A stretch of DNA of 64,000 bases from a bacterium. Lineage in GTDB: Bacteria > UBA8248. The DNA is taken from positions 3,328,001 to 3,392,000 of the forward strand of contig OZ244799.1 of NCBI GenBank assembly GCA_965219955.1, read 5' to 3'. Made by a program: the position numbers and the translations under genes. The notes beneath the pieces are model-generated. The model was not told the origin of the DNA. It ran no database searches and worked only from the letters and a program-made list of their open reading frames with translations. Each line of letters begins with the position of its first letter. The stretch's first letter is position 1. Positions 10,410-21,695 of this stretch are shown here, piece after piece.

Positions 10410-11681
10410 TCAATTATCCTCCCGTCTTCGCGCGCGCACCTGGAGAACGCGGGAACCGCTTGTCTCTACAACCGTGAATTCCACGTTCCCCAGCCGAACC
10501 CGTTCGTTCAGCGTGGGCACATGGCCCAGCAACGTGAAGACCGCACCGCCCAGCGTGTTCGCCTCCTCGTAGTCGGGAAGCTCCCAGCCGCTCACCGCCG
10601 AGAATTCGGCCAGTGGAACACGGCCCTGGCACAGGTATGAATTTTCACCTTCCTTCGTAATCCAGGCCTCCTCGGCCTCTTCGTGTTCATCCTTGATCTC
10701 GCCGAAAATTTCCTCGAGAAGATCCGTCATCGACACCAGGCCGAGGGTGCCGCCGAACTCGTCCTGAACGATGGCGACGTGGGTGCGCTCATGCCGAAAC
10801 CGGCGGAACAGGCGGTCGAGCTTCATCCCGCCCGGAACCACGAGGGGGGGACGCAGCATCTGTTTCGTCAGGCGCTCCTCGGGACCGAAATTCTTTCGCC
10901 CCGCCTGGCGCAGAAAATCCTTGACGTAAAGAATACCCACTATCTGATCCCTGTCCTGCCGGAAAATCGGGATGCGTGAATGCGTCGCCGTGCGGACGCG
11001 ATCGATCACCTCGACGATAGGCAGGCTCATCTCCCAACACTCCAGATCCATGCGGGGCACGGCCACGTCGGCCACGGTTCGGTCGTGAAAGCCGAACACG
11101 TTGTGAATGAGTTCGCGCTCGCCTTCTTCGAGTTCGCCTTCGGCATGGCCCGCGTCCACGAGATGCAGGAATTCGTCTTCCATCAGAATGCTCTGGGAAT
11201 CGCGCGAGGGCGCTCCCATCAAGGTGAGCACGCCGTTCGCCACCCGCAAGAACATCCACCGCAGCGGCGAGATGATTCGCGCGAAGAGAGATATGGGAGA
11301 CGCCAGGAACCGCGAGAACCGCTCCGGATACCGCGCCGCCAGGGATTTGGGTGTGATCTCGCCGAATACCATGAGCAGCGGCGTCATGAAGACGGGCGCG
11401 AGCCACCTCTTCTCGGGCTCCAGGTAAGCCACCACGACGCCCGTGAACAGCGCAGAGGAAGCGATGTTCACGATTTCGTTGCCCATCAAAATAGAGGTGA
11501 TCAACCGCCTGGGCCTGTCCAGAAGGTCGGATATCCTCTCTCCCGTGCCGCCTTCCCGGCGCATGGCCCGCACCCTGGGACGCGGAAGGGAGAACAGCGC
11601 CGTCTCACTGGCCGAGAATCCGGCGGAGCAAAGCATGAGGAAAACGAAAGCGACAAACCGGAAAAGCAGGTCGGCATCCAT
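10410..11681 (-). CDS. CNNM/hemolysin-family (DUF21-CBS-CorC) membrane protein
   Basis: FSASETALFSL, FGEITPKSLA, HSRIP and DEFGGTLGLVSMTDLLEEIFGEI motifs. Confidence 0.92.
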   Translation of the reverse strand: MDADLLFRFVAFVFLMLCSAGFSASETALFSLPRPRVRAMRREGGTGERISDLLDRPRRLITSILMGNEIVNIASSALFTGVVVAYLEPEKRWLAPVFMTPLLMVFGEITPKSLAARYPERFSRFLASPISLFARIISPLRWMFLRVANGVLTLMGAPSRDSQSILMEDEFLHLVDAGHAEGELEEGERELIHNVFGFHDRTVADVAVPRMDLECWEMSLPIVEVIDRVRTATHSRIPIFRQDRDQIVGILYVKDFLRQAGRKNFGPEERLTKQMLRPPLVVPGGMKLDRLFRRFRHERTHVAIVQDEFGGTLGLVSMTDLLEEIFGEIKDEHEEAEEAWITKEGENSYLCQGRVPLAEFSAVSGWELPDYEEANTLGGAVFTLLGHVPTLNERVRLGNVEFTVVETSGSRVLQVRARRREDN

Positions 11682-11757
11682 CAGTCAATGCCTCCCGGCT
11701 GATCGGGATGAAGATGTATGAACCCCGGAGGTTCGGGGTCAGGCGCAGGTTCTTCCG

Positions 11758-12639
11758 CTACCATGAGGCTGTCAATCTCCTTAAATAATTTCGAAACGCA
11801 GGGCCGATATCCTCACGATCCAGTGCGAACTCGACCGTTGCCTCCAAGAAACCAAGTTTATCACCTGCGTCAAAGCGCTTCCCTTCGTACTCATAGGCGT
11901 AAAGCCTGGTATGTTCCAGCAGACCCCGCAACCCGTCGGTGAGCTGAATCTCTCCTTTCGCATCCGGCCTCAGGCGTTCGAGGACCGAGAAAATCTCCGG
12001 CGGCAAAACGTAGCGGCCGATGATGGCGACGTCCGAGGGCGCATCTTCCGGCTCCGGTTTTTCCACCATCCCCTTGAGCGGCGTGACGCCCGGGGCGGGC
12101 GACGGCTCGCCGGAAGGATCGATGACGCCGTATTTGGAGAGCGCGTGCTTTTCGACCCGCAGCCCCGCGACCACGCCGCCGCCATGCGCATCGAATACGC
12201 GCACCAGCTGGCCGATGGCGGGCTCTTCGCTCCTGATAACGTCATCGGACAATATGACGGCGAAAGGCTCATCGCCCACAGCCGGCTTCGCGCACAAGAT
12301 CGCATGACCCAAGCCCAAAGGACGCTTCTGGCGGATGGACGTGATGCGCGCTTTCTGCGAAATTTCCTCCACCACGGCCAACAATCTTTCCTCACCCCTG
12401 TCGCGCAGATAGGATTCCACCTCGAACGCCACATCAAAGTGGTCCACCATCGAAACCTTTCCGCGTCCGGTGATGAAGACGATCTCCTCGATGCCGGCGT
12501 CCAGGGCCTCCTGCACGCCGAACTGGATTTGCGGAATGTCCACGATGGGGAGCATCTCTTTCGGGATCACCTTGGTGGCGGGCAAAAACCGCGTGCCGAG
12601 TCCCGCCACAGGAAAAACAGCCTTGCGAACCCGGCTCAT
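11758..12639 (-). CDS. galU: UTP--glucose-1-phosphate uridylyltransferase
   Basis: KAVFPVAGLGTRFLPATKVIPKEMLP, GLGHAILCA, MVEKP and EIQLTD motifs. Confidence 0.96.
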   Translation of the reverse strand: MSRVRKAVFPVAGLGTRFLPATKVIPKEMLPIVDIPQIQFGVQEALDAGIEEIVFITGRGKVSMVDHFDVAFEVESYLRDRGEERLLAVVEEISQKARITSIRQKRPLGLGHAILCAKPAVGDEPFAVILSDDVIRSEEPAIGQLVRVFDAHGGGVVAGLRVEKHALSKYGVIDPSGEPSPAPGVTPLKGMVEKPEPEDAPSDVAIIGRYVLPPEIFSVLERLRPDAKGEIQLTDGLRGLLEHTRLYAYEYEGKRFDAGDKLGFLEATVEFALDREDIGPAFRNYLRRLTASW

Positions 12640-12727
12640 GAGAAGGTTCCCATGAGAATAAAGATGTGTCGGTGCGTGTGATTACGTGACATTTGCCCTC
12701 GATCATAAAAAAAGGCGCAAGCCGAGG

Positions 12728-14827
<2,100 letters not shown>

Positions 14828-15856
14828 CTAGAGGGATTCGAGACGCTTTCTGGCGTCGGACGCCGCGCTCGAATCCGGATATTTGGCAATTACCTGGCCG
14901 AGCAACTCCATGGCGCTCGCGCGATCGTCTATATGCAAAAACGAGAGCGCTTCCAGAAGAAGGGCTTCCGGCGCCTTGTCCCCGTTGGCGAAATCGACCT
15001 GAACCTTGTTGAACGCCAGAATGGCGCGCTCGAAATTCTTCTCCTGATAATAAGACTGCCCTATCCAGTATTGCGCGTCATCCGCCAACTCATGCTTAGG
15101 ATATTCGGAGATGAACCCGTTCAGCAGGGTGCGCGCCTTTGTGAAATTTCTCTCATCGCGCAGGACGCGGATGGCCTTTGTGTAGTCTTCTTCCGGATCG
15201 GGCGGTCTCGGCGCGGGCGCCGGCTGTTGGGGTCGACTCACAGGCTCTTTGGGAATGACGGCAATCCGCTCGTCTGCAACGGGCCGGCCCGCTGCCTGAG
15301 CGTTCTGGTTTAGCGGCAAGCCTGCGGACGTAATTCGGGGGTTGGCGGGAGGAATGCCTACAGGCGGCATCCGGGACGGCGCACCCACCGTCGTGACGAC
15401 AACCTCCACTTTTTTCTTCGCAGCCACCACAGGAGGCTTCGTGCGCAGCCGGTTCACCTCATTTTCGAGCTTCTCGATTCGTTCTTCAAGTTTCGCGATG
15501 GCCTTCTCTGTTTTTTCCTCTGCTTTTTCGAGAGATTTCTCGGAATCCTTGCGCGCGCGCTCCACCTCATCCGTGACCCCTTGAATCGCTTCGCGCGTCT
15601 CCTCGATACGCTGCTCCTGGTTGCGCATTCCGCGCCTGAGCCCTTGCAGATTCTGCTCGATCGCCGAAACATCGACTGGTGGATTCTGCACGGCGACCTG
15701 AGCGGGCGGGGCGGCACGAGGCGGTGCATTCGCTCCCGAGACGACTGCTCCACCAGAGCCGCCCGCAGGTGAGTTCGTCTCGGGACAACCAAGCAGAACC
15801 AGAGAGAGTGCGGCCAACGGAATGATTCGAAGCCTGGAAGTCTTGAAAGTTCTCAT
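14828..15856 (-). CDS. cpoB: Tol-Pal system protein CpoB/YbgF (lipoprotein-type signal, coiled coil, C-terminal TPR)
   Basis: LLGC lipobox, coiled coil, LADDAQYWIGQSYY TPR. Lies directly after pal. Confidence 0.88.
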   Translation of the reverse strand: MRTFKTSRLRIIPLAALSLVLLGCPETNSPAGGSGGAVVSGANAPPRAAPPAQVAVQNPPVDVSAIEQNLQGLRRGMRNQEQRIEETREAIQGVTDEVERARKDSEKSLEKAEEKTEKAIAKLEERIEKLENEVNRLRTKPPVVAAKKKVEVVVTTVGAPSRMPPVGIPPANPRITSAGLPLNQNAQAAGRPVADERIAVIPKEPVSRPQQPAPAPRPPDPEEDYTKAIRVLRDERNFTKARTLLNGFISEYPKHELADDAQYWIGQSYYQEKNFERAILAFNKVQVDFANGDKAPEALLLEALSFLHIDDRASAMELLGQVIAKYPDSSAASDARKRLESL

Positions 15857-15894
15857 AAAGAAAAACTCCCCGGCGGCCTGTGCCGACGGGGAGT
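15857..15894 (-). terminator. Stem-loop with U-tract between pal and cpoB
   Basis: Minus strand ACTCCCCGTCGGC-acag-GCCGCCGGGGAGT followed by TTTTCTTT. Confidence 0.6.
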
Positions 15895-15924
15895 CCTTTT
15901 CCTTTGCGCAGGACTGCCGGGCGA

Positions 15925-16518
15925 CTAGTTCATGCCCGCCGGAATGCCGCCGATGACGTTGAACTTCGCCCGACGGTTCTTGGCCCATCCCGCTTCGTTG
16001 GAGCGCGAGTCGGCCGGACGCTCTTCGCCATAACTCACCGTATCGACCCGGGAGGACTTGACGCCGAGCGACACGAGATAATCCTTGGAACTCTGTGAGC
16101 GCCGATGCCCGAGCGCGATGTTGTATTCCACCGTTCCGCGCTCGTCGCAATGCCCCTCGACCTGCACCCGGATGCTCGGAAACTCCTGCAGGAAGCGGGC
16201 CTTGGCATCCAGGGTCGCGCGCATGTCGGAGCGGATTTCCGATTTATCGAAATCGAAGTACACCAGATCATTCTCAAACGCGGCCAACGAGCGCTTGAAA
16301 GCGGCGCGCTTGCGACGACGCTCCGCCTCCGTCACATCCATTTCCTTTTTCTTCATGGGTGGTTTGGGAGCTGGCTTTTCTCTCACCATGGGAGCCGGCG
16401 GTTTGGGCGGCGGCAGTTCTTCGGTTTCCACCGTTTGCTTCACGCAACCTACGGCGAATACGAGCATCGCAGCCATCAGCAAGGATTGAAAAGATTTAAT
16501 ACGGCCCGATAACAACAT
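15925..16518 (-). CDS. pal: Peptidoglycan-associated lipoprotein Pal
   Basis: AVGC lipobox, VYFDFDKS, EGHCDERGTVEYNIALG, SYGEERP and KNRRA motifs. Start uncertain. Confidence 0.95.
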   Translation of the reverse strand: MLLSGRIKSFQSLLMAAMLVFAVGCVKQTVETEELPPPKPPAPMVREKPAPKPPMKKKEMDVTEAERRRKRAAFKRSLAAFENDLVYFDFDKSEIRSDMRATLDAKARFLQEFPSIRVQVEGHCDERGTVEYNIALGHRRSQSSKDYLVSLGVKSSRVDTVSYGEERPADSRSNEAGWAKNRRAKFNVIGGIPAGMN

Positions 16519-16706
16519 GCAGACATCCCCCTCGGAGTCTTTAGTTCGTATGTGTTCAGAGTGAGAAGCGTGATACACCACGGAGCGGAAACTCTTCCCC
16601 TCTTCATTCATCCCTAGTTATACGGCTAGGAAGTATAAAGGGCGATTGCGCGATGAGCAAGCCCGTTTCTTGTTTTTTCAAGAGATATATCCCGATTTTC
16701 AACATT

Positions 16707-18068
16707 TCATCTCGAGGTGGGCGACCAGGCGGGCTCCTGTCCGGGTTGAAGGCGCTTGAGTTGCGTGCCCGCGGAGGTCATCACATATACATATTTCCGG
16801 CCGGTCCGATCGGAGGAAAAGGCGATGTGCCGCCCATCGGGAGACCAGGTGGGCGATTCGTTGCGCCCCTGGCTGCCCGTGAGGCGGCGCACGTCTCTGC
16901 CGTCGGGGGTCATGGTGACGATGTCGATTTCCTTGCCCCTCTTGATGCGGCTCGTCAGGGCGATCCTGTCTCCCCGGGGGCTCCACTCGGGTTCGGTATT
17001 GTATTTTCTCGTGTATTTTCCTTTGTACGTGATGCGCTTCGGGCTGGAGCCGTCGACGTTCATGACGTAGATGTGAGGATTCCCCGAACGGCTCGAGGTG
17101 AAGGCGATCTTCTTGCCGTCCGGCGAGAAGGTGGGAGACACGTCGATCCCGAAGCTCCGCGTGAGCCTTCTCTTCACGCGGGTGCGCAAGTCGTAGCGGA
17201 AAATCTCGTAGTTCCGTCCCACGAATTCGGAAAACGCGAAATAGCGCGAATTCGGAGAAAAGGCGCCTCCGATGGCCTGCGCGCGGGAAGAACTCACCTT
17301 GAACTCGCGCGCGCCGTTCGTGGGCAGCAGAAACACGCCGGGGGGCCTGGATTTGAACGAAGAATACGCCATCCACCTTCCGTCCGGAGACCACGCGGGC
17401 GTGTTGTTCCCCATGCCGTTGCGCGTCACGCGCCTGAGTTCGGCGCCGTCCCAGTCCATGATGTAAATCTCCCCGCGCTCTTTGAGCGAACGCCGCGAGA
17501 CGAATGCGATTTGCGTGTCGAACACCCCCTTCTCTCCCGTAAATCGCTCGATCACAGCGTTGGCGAACCTGTGCGCCAGCAAGCGCCATCCGCTCCTGGG
17601 GTAGCGGTAGCGCTTGCCGAGTTCCTGGGCGGAGCGGAGCGTGTCGTACAGGTAGACTTCCGCGGTGATGGTTTTTCCCGTGATGGTGTAGCCGCCCTTG
17701 ATGAGGGCATCCACCTTGACGACCTTGCTCCAGTCGGAGAAGCGCTGCTCGTCCCTTCGAATCCCCGCGCGCATGGGGTTCTCCAGATAGCCCTTGCGGT
17801 CGGGTATGAAGAACAGGCCGCTGCGCCTGAGGTCTGATTCGATGACTTGCGCGATCTTGAGGCCCAGCGGGTCGCGCCCGGAATCCAGGGGGCGAAACTC
17901 GGGGACAGCCAATCGAATTTTTCTGGCCGTGGGGGAATAGATGTCGATGAACTCACGCGCGGCTTGCGCAGCTTGAGGCCATGAGAAAACCATGACGATG
18001 AGAAAAACCGCCCAATGAAGCATGGGGCCCTCACGCCTGTTCGGTCTGGTTTGAATTTTTTCTCGCAT
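16707..18068 (-). CDS. tolB: Tol-Pal beta-propeller protein TolB
   Basis: N-terminal TolB domain and PD40 repeats (PAWSPDG, PTFSPDG, PTWSPDG). ATG overlaps the tolA stop. Confidence 0.95.
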   Translation of the reverse strand: MREKIQTRPNRREGPMLHWAVFLIVMVFSWPQAAQAAREFIDIYSPTARKIRLAVPEFRPLDSGRDPLGLKIAQVIESDLRRSGLFFIPDRKGYLENPMRAGIRRDEQRFSDWSKVVKVDALIKGGYTITGKTITAEVYLYDTLRSAQELGKRYRYPRSGWRLLAHRFANAVIERFTGEKGVFDTQIAFVSRRSLKERGEIYIMDWDGAELRRVTRNGMGNNTPAWSPDGRWMAYSSFKSRPPGVFLLPTNGAREFKVSSSRAQAIGGAFSPNSRYFAFSEFVGRNYEIFRYDLRTRVKRRLTRSFGIDVSPTFSPDGKKIAFTSSRSGNPHIYVMNVDGSSPKRITYKGKYTRKYNTEPEWSPRGDRIALTSRIKRGKEIDIVTMTPDGRDVRRLTGSQGRNESPTWSPDGRHIAFSSDRTGRKYVYVMTSAGTQLKRLQPGQEPAWSPTSR

Positions 18069-19132
18069 CAACGGCAAAAATCCTCTCCGCAGAATCGAAA
18101 ACCGAGCAAAAGCCAGTTTTCCTTTATCGTATCGGGCGGCTTGGGCAGGGAGGGTTCGGCGGCCCGCTGCACGGCGCGCAGCGCCGCCTGATCGTAAATG
18201 TGGTTCCCGCTGTAGCGCACGACCCGCAAATTGCGGTAATTCCCTCCCCGGTCCACGTCTATCGTGACGTCGGTCTTGAGTCGGCTCAAATCTGCAATAC
18301 CGGGCGGCACGGACCAGAAACCCCGGATGCGCTCCGCCAGAAGTCCATAATATCGCTCCTTTTCGGTTCGCGCGACGCCGCCGCTGCCGCCCGCGCGGCT
18401 GCCGCCGCCCTGGCCGTCGCCTCCCCCCTCGCCGGCGTATCCCTTACGAGGCGCCCGGCGCTTGGGCACGAGGTCCGCTTTCGCGAGACGATCATCGCTC
18501 TTCCAGTCATCGCGGGGCTGCTTCTTCGTTTCCGCCGGCTTGTTCTTTTCGTTTTTCTTGAAACGATTGCGCCAGCGCTTGGCGCGCGCTCTACGATCGC
18601 GTATCCGCTTGAGACGCGCTTCGCGTACAGGGTCGCGCTTTTTCTTTTTCCGAACGACCTTTTTGTTATTCTTTTCTTTCCCGGTCTTGATTCGCCGGAC
18701 ATTCCTGGTGGGTTTCTTTTTCTTCTTGACGACCTTTTTTTTCTTCACCCTGGCGGGCGCGGTTTTTTTCTTGGGCGCCGCTATCTTCCTCGCCCCCTCG
18801 TCCGGCCCTTTTCGGGGGGCGGGCGCTTCCATGTCCTCGGGCCGGTCGCCGGACGTTCCCCGCGCCGAACCGCCCGGAATTTCATCCGCTCCCACCAGGC
18901 TGACGGCCGTCCCGCTTCCGAAAAACCGGTATTTCGGCTGAGAGGGCGCCAGGCTCACCCAGACGAAGAGCGCCGCGTGCAAAACGGCCGAAGCCGCCAG
19001 CGCCCGGAGAAAACGGCGGTCGCGGAGCAACCCGGCCTTCTTGCCGTTCTTCACCCGAAGGCCCGCGCCGCGGCGGGGTGGGCGTGCGCCTGGGGAATTG
19101 GAATCTTGCGGGAACTCCGGTTTTTTATTCAT
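18068..19132 (-). CDS. tolA: TolA (single TM, Lys/Arg-rich linker, TonB/TolA C-terminal domain)
   Basis: SAVLH TM motif and C-terminal YSGNHIYDQAALRAV. Lies between tolR and tolB. Confidence 0.88.
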   Translation of the reverse strand: MNKKPEFPQDSNSPGARPPRRGAGLRVKNGKKAGLLRDRRFLRALAASAVLHAALFVWVSLAPSQPKYRFFGSGTAVSLVGADEIPGGSARGTSGDRPEDMEAPAPRKGPDEGARKIAAPKKKTAPARVKKKKVVKKKKKPTRNVRRIKTGKEKNNKKVVRKKKKRDPVREARLKRIRDRRARAKRWRNRFKKNEKNKPAETKKQPRDDWKSDDRLAKADLVPKRRAPRKGYAGEGGGDGQGGGSRAGGSGGVARTEKERYYGLLAERIRGFWSVPPGIADLSRLKTDVTIDVDRGGNYRNLRVVRYSGNHIYDQAALRAVQRAAEPSLPKPPDTIKENWLLLGFRFCGEDFCR

Positions 19133-19147
19133 GGGGCCACCGACTTC

Positions 19148-19588
19148 TCAGCGTCTGCGCCGCCCGCCCCGAGAGGATTCCAGGGGGTCGGTCACCATGT
19201 TGAGGCGGCCTATGCCCGCAGCGCGAATGATGGCCATGACCTTCACCACTTCGCCATAAGGAACCGAGCGATCCGCCCTGAGAAAGATTTCCTTGCGCCT
19301 CCTGTCCTTGAAGAGCACCGCGAGCTTCTCCTTGAGCTCGGAGGCGACCAGCGGATTATCATTTATATACATGTCGCGCTTTTTGTCCAACGTGATGACG
19401 ATGGCGTCCTCGGCCACGTTCGCCTTCGCCGCCTGCACCTGCGGCAAATCCACGTTCACGGCCTGGTTCTGCGTCTCTAGCAGGGGCGCCGTGACCATGA
19501 AAATCACCAACAACACCAGCATCACGTCCACGAGCGGCGTGACGTTGATGTCCGAGATGCTCGAACCACGGTTCAGCTTAACGGCCAC
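19148..19588 (-). CDS. tolR: TolR
   Basis: INVTPLVDVMLVLLVIFMVTAP and RADRSVPYG motifs. Confidence 0.95.
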   Translation of the reverse strand: MAVKLNRGSSISDINVTPLVDVMLVLLVIFMVTAPLLETQNQAVNVDLPQVQAAKANVAEDAIVITLDKKRDMYINDNPLVASELKEKLAVLFKDRRRKEIFLRADRSVPYGEVVKVMAIIRAAGIGRLNMVTDPLESSRGGRRRR

Positions 19589-19603
19589 GGGAGGCTCCGC
19601 TCG

Positions 19604-20365
19604 TCATAAACGCATGAAATGGCGGTCGACCAGGTTGAGGAAATCCGCCGTGAAGTTTTCGATTTCATCCGCGATCACCTTCACGCGGCCCTGGTAATGA
19701 TTATAGGCGATCACGGCGGGGATGGCCGCCAGCAGCCCGAGCGCCGTGGCGATGAGCGCCTCGCTGATGCCCGGCGCGACGACGGCGAGCCCGGCGGAAC
19801 CCTTGGCGCCAATCTCGCGAAACGAATTCATGATGCCCCACACCGTGCCGAAGAGCCCGATGAAAGGCGTGGCGCTCGCCGTGGTGGCCAGAAAGGTCAG
19901 CATGCGCTCGAGCCTGCCCACCTGTTCGTTCGCCGCGCGCCTCAGCGCGCGCTCGACGCTTTCCACCCCCGTCATTTCCGAGGTGAGAACGCTCGCATCC
20001 TCTTCTCCTTCCCGCGAGCGCGTTTTCAGCACCTGTTCGGCTTCCTGATAACCCGCGGCGAACACCTCGCCCACCGGACTGCTCTCGTGCTCGGCGAGTT
20101 CCGCATACAGCCTGTCGAGGCGCTTGGAGCGCCAAAACGCATCGACGAACAACGCCGAGCGCCGCCTCGCGCCCCGAAGCTCCCAAAACTTCCAGATGAT
20201 GATGGCCCAGGAAGCGAGCGAGAAAAAAACGAGCACCAGCAAAACGAAAAACACCATGCCGCCCGATTGGGTGGCGAGGGTGATGACGTCCATTTCTTCT
20301 TGAAGCGATGCAATCGGCGCGGATTCGCCCGTCGGCAACGCGGCCGCGGCCAAAAACGGGAGCAA
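19604..20365 (-). CDS. tolQ: TolQ
   Basis: PFIGLFGTVWGIMNSF and VAPGISEALIATALGLLAAIPAV motifs. Confidence 0.95.
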   Translation of the reverse strand: MLPFLAAAALPTGESAPIASLQEEMDVITLATQSGGMVFFVLLVLVFFSLASWAIIIWKFWELRGARRRSALFVDAFWRSKRLDRLYAELAEHESSPVGEVFAAGYQEAEQVLKTRSREGEEDASVLTSEMTGVESVERALRRAANEQVGRLERMLTFLATTASATPFIGLFGTVWGIMNSFREIGAKGSAGLAVVAPGISEALIATALGLLAAIPAVIAYNHYQGRVKVIADEIENFTADFLNLVDRHFMRL

Positions 20366-20446
20366 GTCGATTCTCCTTCTGGGCGGAGTCTGCAGTATCC
20401 CCTCTTTTCCGGGTCGCCGTCAAACCAAACGAGTCGCCGTAAATCG

Positions 20447-20476
20447 TTGACATCTCCTCTGGCGCCCAGTGATAAT
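20447..20476 (+). promoter_or_regulatory. Probable sigma70 promoter of the M20-slt-anmK operon
   Basis: TTGACA-N18-GATAAT, with AGGAGG RBS downstream. Confidence 0.5.
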
Positions 20477-20510
20477 GAGCCTCCCGCCCACCCCAGGAGG
20501 CGTTGCCTGA

Positions 20511-21695
20511 GTGGATATTCACGAGGCAAAGACCGCCATATCGAAGCTGATCGACGATGAGGCGGAAGCACTGTGGGCGCTCTCATTGGCGATTCACGCG
20601 GACCCCGAGCCCAGTCTCGAAGAACACCGCGCGGCCGAGCGCCTGTGCGTTTACCTGGAGAATAACGGGTTCACCCTCACCCGGGGCGTGGCGAACCTGC
20701 CCACCGCGTTTCGAGCGGACAGGCCCGCCGTGGATGAGAAAAAACCCTCCGTATCATTTCTCTCGGAATACGACGCGCTGCCCGGCCTCGGTCACGCCTG
20801 CGCCCACAACATCATCGGTGTCGCCAGCGCCGCCGCGGGCGTTGCGCTCAAAGAAGCGCTCGGCTCCGAATACGGAGGCGTCACCGTTTTCGGCACGCCC
20901 GGAGAGGAAGGCGGAGGCGGCAAGGTGCTGATGGCGCAAACCGGCATGTTCCGGGAAACGGGCGCCGCCATGATGATGCACCCATCGGACGAGACCAGAG
21001 CGGACGTCGATTTTCTGGCGCTCTCGGAGCTTCGCTTTCACTTCAGGGGACGCGCCGCCCACGCTTCCGCAGCGCCCGAGCAAGGCGTCAACGCCCTCGA
21101 CGCCCTCATCGCCACGTTCAGCGCCGTCTCCCTGCTCCGCCAGCAACTCCCCCCGGGGGATCGCGTGCACGGCGTCATCACCGAGGGTGGGGAGGCGCCC
21201 AACATCATCCCCGAAAAGGCCTCCGCGTGGTTTTTCGTGAGGAGCGAAACGATGGAGGGGCTCGATGCGCTGCTCGCGCGGGTCATCGCCTGCGCGGAAG
21301 GAGCGGCCCTTGCGACCGGAGCGGAACTCGAGACGGAGAAAAACCCCGTCATCTACGCTCCCATGCGGGCCAACCCGCCCCTGGCGTCGCTATTCCTGAA
21401 AAACCTGAACCGGCTCGGCGTTCATGAACCCGAATCCCCGCCGCCCCTGCGGATGGGATCCTCCGACGTGGGGAACGTGAGCCAGCAAACGCCCACCATT
21501 CATCCGCAAATCCAGATGGTTCCGCCCGGCGTCTCCGCGCATACGCCTGAGTTCGCCGAAGCATCAGCGGGAGCGGAAGGCAGGCGCGTCCTGCTTACCG
21601 GCGCCAAGGCGCTGGCGATGACGGGGGCGGATTTTCTTCTCGATGAAGGAGCGCGCCGGGCCGTTCAAGCCGAATTCGAGAACCGGAGGACATGA
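20511..21695 (+). CDS. M20 family amidohydrolase (ACY1L2/HmrA-like)
   Basis: EYDALPGLGHACAHN, GTPGEE, MMMHP and GSSDVGNVS motifs. Confidence 0.9.
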   Translation: MDIHEAKTAISKLIDDEAEALWALSLAIHADPEPSLEEHRAAERLCVYLENNGFTLTRGVANLPTAFRADRPAVDEKKPSVSFLSEYDALPGLGHACAHNIIGVASAAAGVALKEALGSEYGGVTVFGTPGEEGGGGKVLMAQTGMFRETGAAMMMHPSDETRADVDFLALSELRFHFRGRAAHASAAPEQGVNALDALIATFSAVSLLRQQLPPGDRVHGVITEGGEAPNIIPEKASAWFFVRSETMEGLDALLARVIACAEGAALATGAELETEKNPVIYAPMRANPPLASLFLKNLNRLGVHEPESPPPLRMGSSDVGNVSQQTPTIHPQIQMVPPGVSAHTPEFAEASAGAEGRRVLLTGAKALAMTGADFLLDEGARRAVQAEFENRRT

